A DNA stretch of 28,563 nt from a virus (Duplodnaviria; Caudoviricetes), in the IMG/VR virus record IMGVR_UViG_3300020151_001367, positions 1 to 28,563 of that record. One strand, given 5' to 3'. The position numbers and the translations under genes were made by a program. The notes beneath the pieces were generated by a model that was not told the origin of the DNA, made no database searches, and saw only the letters and a list, made by a program, of their open reading frames with translations. Positions 25,901 through 28,563 of the stretch are shown here, piece by piece. Each line of letters starts with the position of its first letter. The stretch's first letter is position 1.

Positions 25901-27491
25901 ATCCGGGTGCTGGTCTTACAGTGGGGTTTCTTAATTCATCTCCTATGATGCTGACTGTAGCCGGTACACTGATAGGCAAAATTTCAAAATACACACCAGA
26001 TTTGACAAAAATTGCTGCTGGGGCTCTTGCTGGAAGATTGGCTTGAATATATTGGCATGCATATCTTATGCTGGCAAATGGCTTGTCTTCATCTTGTCCA
26101 AACAATGGTTCTCCAACGGCTATTCCTGAATCAGTACCCAATGGACTCACATAATAAACTTTAGGTGATTGTCTAAAAGAATCCCATTCCAGCACATTAC
26201 CTGCAACTTTCAACGCAGTTGCATTAGCACCAATAGGCACACGATTAGGGCCAATAGTACTGCCGTCATCTGTTACTCCGTAACTTTTGATATCGCCTAT
26301 AGATTCTAACACATTAGTGGCTTGGCCTAGAATGAAGGGTTGCCAAAAATTTCCTTGTGGGTCATCGTCGGGTCTGTTGTTAGTAGCCGCTTGATGGCGC
26401 TGCACACATAACCATGCACTGCTGTTGAAACTTACAACATCCCCTACTACATAATTGTAGGGAGCAGTTAAACTGTCATATGCAGTCCACGGACCTCTGA
26501 ATCGTTCAGTAACTACGATTGCATTCCAGTACTGAGCATTTGGTGGTTCTATTCCAACGCTGTCTGCTACTGCTGCATAGGTAGTGCCACCCCATCTAAC
26601 TATATCTCCAACTAGATATGCGGTAGGACCAGCAGTCCACTCAGATCTATCTCTATAACTTTCTACTACAAGTTGCCAACTACTAGGTGAGACCGGTGGT
26701 GTCTGTGCAGAGTTATTGGTAATGGCGCGATAGACATATCCACCATGACTGACAACATCACCTGCTGTGTAACTGGTAGCGCTGCTCCATGCGTTTTCAA
26801 AACTTAGACCGGGCAACCAAAGAGTAAATTTAGTTTCATCTATCAATGGATCGCTGACATGTCCCACAGTGCAATACCAAATGCTGGAATTGTAGCGAAC
26901 AATGTCACCTTTTTTGTATCTCACTGCGGTGGTATACACACCTTTCCATTCTACGCCATCATGCACCACAGTCCATTTGGCTTGATCTGCTTCTAATCCT
27001 AAAAATGCCAACGCTGGATTGGCGTTGGCTGCATATGTTGCCGAGGTGTGCGCAGTGTTGCATCTGTAGACAATGGCGCCCCAGCGTACTAAGTCATTGA
27101 CATTGAAAAATGTTGTGGCAGTCCATACATTGTTCCAATCATCTCCACTGAAATGCACAGTCCAGTTGGCAATGTTGGTTTCTAACGTAGTGCTAGAAGT
27201 GTGATTGGTTGTGCAACGGTATATAATTCCACTGTATTTGACTAAATCATTTAATTGATAAAATGTGGTTGCAGCCCAATCTTCAGTCCACTCGTAGCCA
27301 TCTATCATTTCATTCCATCGAGTGGCAACGTTGTTTAGATCCGTATAAAAATCAGCACTGCTGGTGTGTGTAACCATACACACATAGGTTTTTGCACCAT
27401 ATCTTACTATGTCGTCTTTGACGTAGTCATAGACCGAAGCCCAATTTCCGCGCCATGTGAATCGAATTTTACCAATTTTAAAATCAGCCAT
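22944..27491 (-). CDS. Giant multidomain tail fibre/spike protein (1515 aa), paralog of 16951-22881
   Basis: Same domain order and shared motifs (MADFKIGKIRF.W; RSPYIQNVTTFGTGC; NDFTQVLSDGIGAWIT; GHDFLEIGTG; STDQDGNFRVG; INEFSTD.TFSAN...VPTQKA.K.YI), but without the central helical insert. Confidence 0.8.
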   Translation of the reverse strand: MADFKIGKIRFTWRGNWASVYDYVKDDIVRYGAKTYVCMVTHTSSADFYTDLNNVATRWNEMIDGYEWTEDWAATTFYQLNDLVKYSGIIYRCTTNHTSSTTLETNIANWTVHFSGDDWNNVWTATTFFNVNDLVRWGAIVYRCNTAHTSATYAANANPALAFLGLEADQAKWTVVHDGVEWKGVYTTAVRYKKGDIVRYNSSIWYCTVGHVSDPLIDETKFTLWLPGLSFENAWSSATSYTAGDVVSHGGYVYRAITNNSAQTPPVSPSSWQLVVESYRDRSEWTAGPTAYLVGDIVRWGGTTYAAVADSVGIEPPNAQYWNAIVVTERFRGPWTAYDSLTAPYNYVVGDVVSFNSSAWLCVQRHQAATNNRPDDDPQGNFWQPFILGQATNVLESIGDIKSYGVTDDGSTIGPNRVPIGANATALKVAGNVLEWDSFRQSPKVYYVSPLGTDSGIAVGEPLFGQDEDKPFASIRYACQYIQANLPARAPAAIFVKSGVYFEILPISVPATVSIIGDELRNPTVRPAPGYVTSNMFLMRNATGLRNMTLEGLTGTLSAANQYLTQRPTAGAYVSLDPGTGPTDSTTWITTRSPYIQNVTTFGTGCTGLKVDGSLHNGGNRSIVANDFTQVLSDGIGAWITSDARAELVSVFTYYNHIGYLAEDNGKIRATNGNNSYGDYGAVAEGVNVNEVPKTALVNNRSTEASVGFVFADGAQVLRYEYSNAGSDYTVATSTIGGTGLSAAATHDEFRDGAIYQIRVAPPGDSSQPGGGGYVGNSGNAQTGDTTAITLSATDANDSGVYVGMQIVITSGLGVGQIGYIDSYDNGTKIAQVYNQATGSAGWNHVVPGTAIQATLDTTTAYIITPRITLAAPAFTPVVSTTPSAAAWVAMAYGNSRFVLIATGATTTAYSTNGTTWLNGGALPASTTWTDVAAGAISGTTYHVAVASGGTQAAYSTNGGTSWTTAALSTSATWTAVAYGNSRFVAVSSGGTATNISTNGTTWSLGGALPSSTWSAITYGNGKFVAVAGGAGATTAAAYSTDGASWTSTILPTSANWTSVAYGNGRFVAVAQGGSFAAYSLDGITWTASTLSSGGSWLEIRYGQGTFVAVQGYAGATTNVVASSTDGVVWTSRTLLSTQAWSAIAFGNPSNAPIWAMAVTGSTAAQNFANFTQAVARAGLTSGRISSIRVIEPGSGYTSTPAIVFTDPNNTGEVVTEIRRGNGALANPSFSNRGTAYTTASATIVGNGYADDYQTGSYLYIKNLSTLPSPGANLEIATINDRVYTIVNIDTVTGTAGNYSARLRIFPGLGVDESPIENEALEIREDYSQCRITGHDFLEIGTGSFIDTNYPNTNLQILAPENQVVQSGGGRVFYTSTDQDGNFRVGELFQVEQATGVVSINADAFELSGLTEIRLGGVTLGGTGATINEFSTDPTFSANTNNIVPTQKAVKAYIASRIGGGGSDLDVNEIQVGSITFDAPNDIGHIGGGTIEIDAVSEFRRGVVGLPLAMAYFME
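24030..24850 (-). repeat. Intragenic ~41-aa beta-propeller repeats
   Basis: Repeating W.(A/S)VAYGN.RFVAV..GG..AAYS.(D/N)G..W. Boundaries are approximate. Confidence 0.8.
26330..27460 (-). repeat. About seven CBM5/12-like ~50-aa repeats
   Basis: Same W...Y..(N/G)D(I/L/V)V.(Y/W/H)G...Y.C...H pattern as in the paralog. Boundaries are approximate. Confidence 0.65.
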
Positions 27492-27503
27492 GTTTTTTCT
27501 CTT

Positions 27504-27866
27504 TTATGATTGTATTCCGCTAGGATAGTCGTATTTTGTATTTATTCTTGCTACAAGTTGACCGTCCGTGTCGATGTAATAGTATATGCTGCGATCATCC
27601 CATCGATATTGTTCATACAACAAGTTGTCAAAAACAATATTGTGATTAACATCACGACCTTCAAAGAAATCAATACCTATCTCAAAATCTTCAAAATTTT
27701 CCGCAATGTCGCCTGGTTCATTGATTTCAATAGCATCATTGCGACTCAATTGATTTACCCTGGTAAATGTCACTTCGCCGTCATCAGATCTCTTTACTCC
27801 GTAAAAATATCTAGGTGCGCCGCCTAAAAGATCGTCTGCTGATCTGCCAAAAAAGTAATTGCTCAT
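27504..27866 (-). CDS. Hypothetical acidic virion-associated protein (120 aa)
   Basis: Intact ORF with an AGGA RBS, located between fibre genes; aromatic and acidic (YEQYRWDD..IYYYID.DG.LV.RIN). Confidence 0.6.
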   Translation of the reverse strand: MSNYFFGRSADDLLGGAPRYFYGVKRSDDGEVTFTRVNQLSRNDAIEINEPGDIAENFEDFEIGIDFFEGRDVNHNIVFDNLLYEQYRWDDRSIYYYIDTDGQLVARINTKYDYPSGIQS

Positions 27867-27876
27867 AATTTGTTCC

Positions 27877-28206
27877 TTATACTATTTCTACATAACTGAT
27901 GACTGCATCAATGCCAGCAGCAGTATCACTAACCACTCGTAAAAAATGATTGGTATCCAATATCAGTTTTTCTCCGTTGGTAATCACTTTGGCTGACGTG
28001 TAGGGCGGAATGATCAATTGTTTGATGTAGTATGCTGCTGTGCTGCCACTGTCTACTACCAACACATCCACGATTACATCTTCATCAATGATGTTGGCCA
28101 AGTTACAGCCAACTACTGTGAATCTGTTGTTGTCCACAGTTCCTATCACATCTATCGGAGTAGTTCCAATATTCTTTACCACTTGTGTTCTAAAAAAGGT
28201 TGCCAT
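27877..28206 (-). CDS. Small beta-sandwich virion protein (109 aa), possibly distantly related to 16524-16859
   Basis: Motifs TVVGCNLAN.....V.VDV, IK.L.IPP..S......GEKLIL.....L.V.SD....IDAVISYVEI. AGGA RBS upstream. Confidence 0.6.
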   Translation of the reverse strand: MATFFRTQVVKNIGTTPIDVIGTVDNNRFTVVGCNLANIIDEDVIVDVLVVDSGSTAAYYIKQLIIPPYTSAKVITNGEKLILDTNHFLRVVSDTAAGIDAVISYVEIV

Positions 28207-28209
28207 TTG

Positions 28210-28563
28210 TTATCCTATCATTAATGCGCCCGCTACGGCAATATCTTGAGCGGTGGCTGCAGTGATACCTGCGGCTGCACCGGCTGTGCTGACCCAGGCT
28301 AGTCCGTCCCAAATTTCTACATATTGTAGATCTGTATTATATCTCATTAGCCCTAATTCAACTGAACTGGGTCTAGTGGCAGATCCGCCACTGGGCAATA
28401 CCATTCCGTTAGTTCCTGGAATTCGTATATATCCATCGCCTGTGACATTTATTTCTGTAACAGCATTTAATTGACTGTTGGTAATGGTGTTGCCGCTGAA
28501 TCTCAAATTGTCCACAACCACAGCGCCTATACCATTGGGTAAGAACACTATGTCTCCGTCACT
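28210..28563 (-). CDS. C-terminal part of a tail-fibre-like structural protein; its 5' end lies beyond the window
   Basis: The frame is open to the window edge (SDGDIVFLPNGIG...). It carries the fibre motif LPSG.SATRP....GLMRYNTD..YVE.WDG..W and a hydrophobic C-terminus AVAGALMIG. Confidence 0.65.
   Translation of the reverse strand, partial: SDGDIVFLPNGIGAVVVDNLRFSGNTITNSQLNAVTEINVTGDGYIRIPGTNGMVLPSGGSATRPSSVELGLMRYNTDLQYVEIWDGLAWVSTAGAAAGITAATAQDIAVAGALMIG

Noticed and set aside
17144-26046. Many + strand ORFs of 60-135 aa antisense to the giant fibre genes
   Set aside because: These are antisense shadows produced by codon bias in Thr/Ala/Gly/Val-rich genes, with no independent coding signal.
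1-28563. Possible stop-codon reassignment, since none of the called genes ends in TAG
   Set aside because: Genes are full-length and tightly packed under the standard code with no TAG-interrupted frames. TAA dominance fits the AT-rich genome.

Overview
This is a fragment of a large, AT-rich tailed phage genome (T4-like/jumbo myovirus type), read in the standard genetic code with very dense coding. It covers part of the tail/fibre morphogenesis region. From left to right: a 5'-truncated T4 gp15-like tail completion gene, a Nudix hydrolase and a YadA-like beta-roll fibre gene with a small partner. Next comes a ~9 kb block of tailoring enzymes (3417-12420): a GmhB-like HAD protein lacking its catalytic Asp residues, five 2OG-Fe(II) oxygenases, a NodU/CmcH carbamoyltransferase, a GT9-like glycosyltransferase, an SGNH hydrolase and two sulfotransferase-fold proteins. 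The rest is a long minus-strand structural cluster with a fibre-assembly-like protein, two paralogous Gly/Cys-rich putative adhesins, two giant paralogous fibre/spike proteins (1976 and 1515 aa) and several ~110-120 aa partner proteins. T4-late-like (A)TAAATA motifs precede both structural genes and tailoring-enzyme operons. The most interesting candidates are (i) a late-expressed hydroxylate/glycosylate/carbamoylate/sulfate/acetylate toolkit embedded among fibre genes, possibly for virion decoration; (ii) a tandem pair of polyglycine adhesin-like proteins with about 42 and 50 Cys; (iii) phycobiliprotein-like C-x-R/K-D-x-x-Y helical modules inside the largest fibre; and (iv) a small beta module apparently inserted into unrelated domains. 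All family assignments come from motif recognition by eye; no database searches were run.
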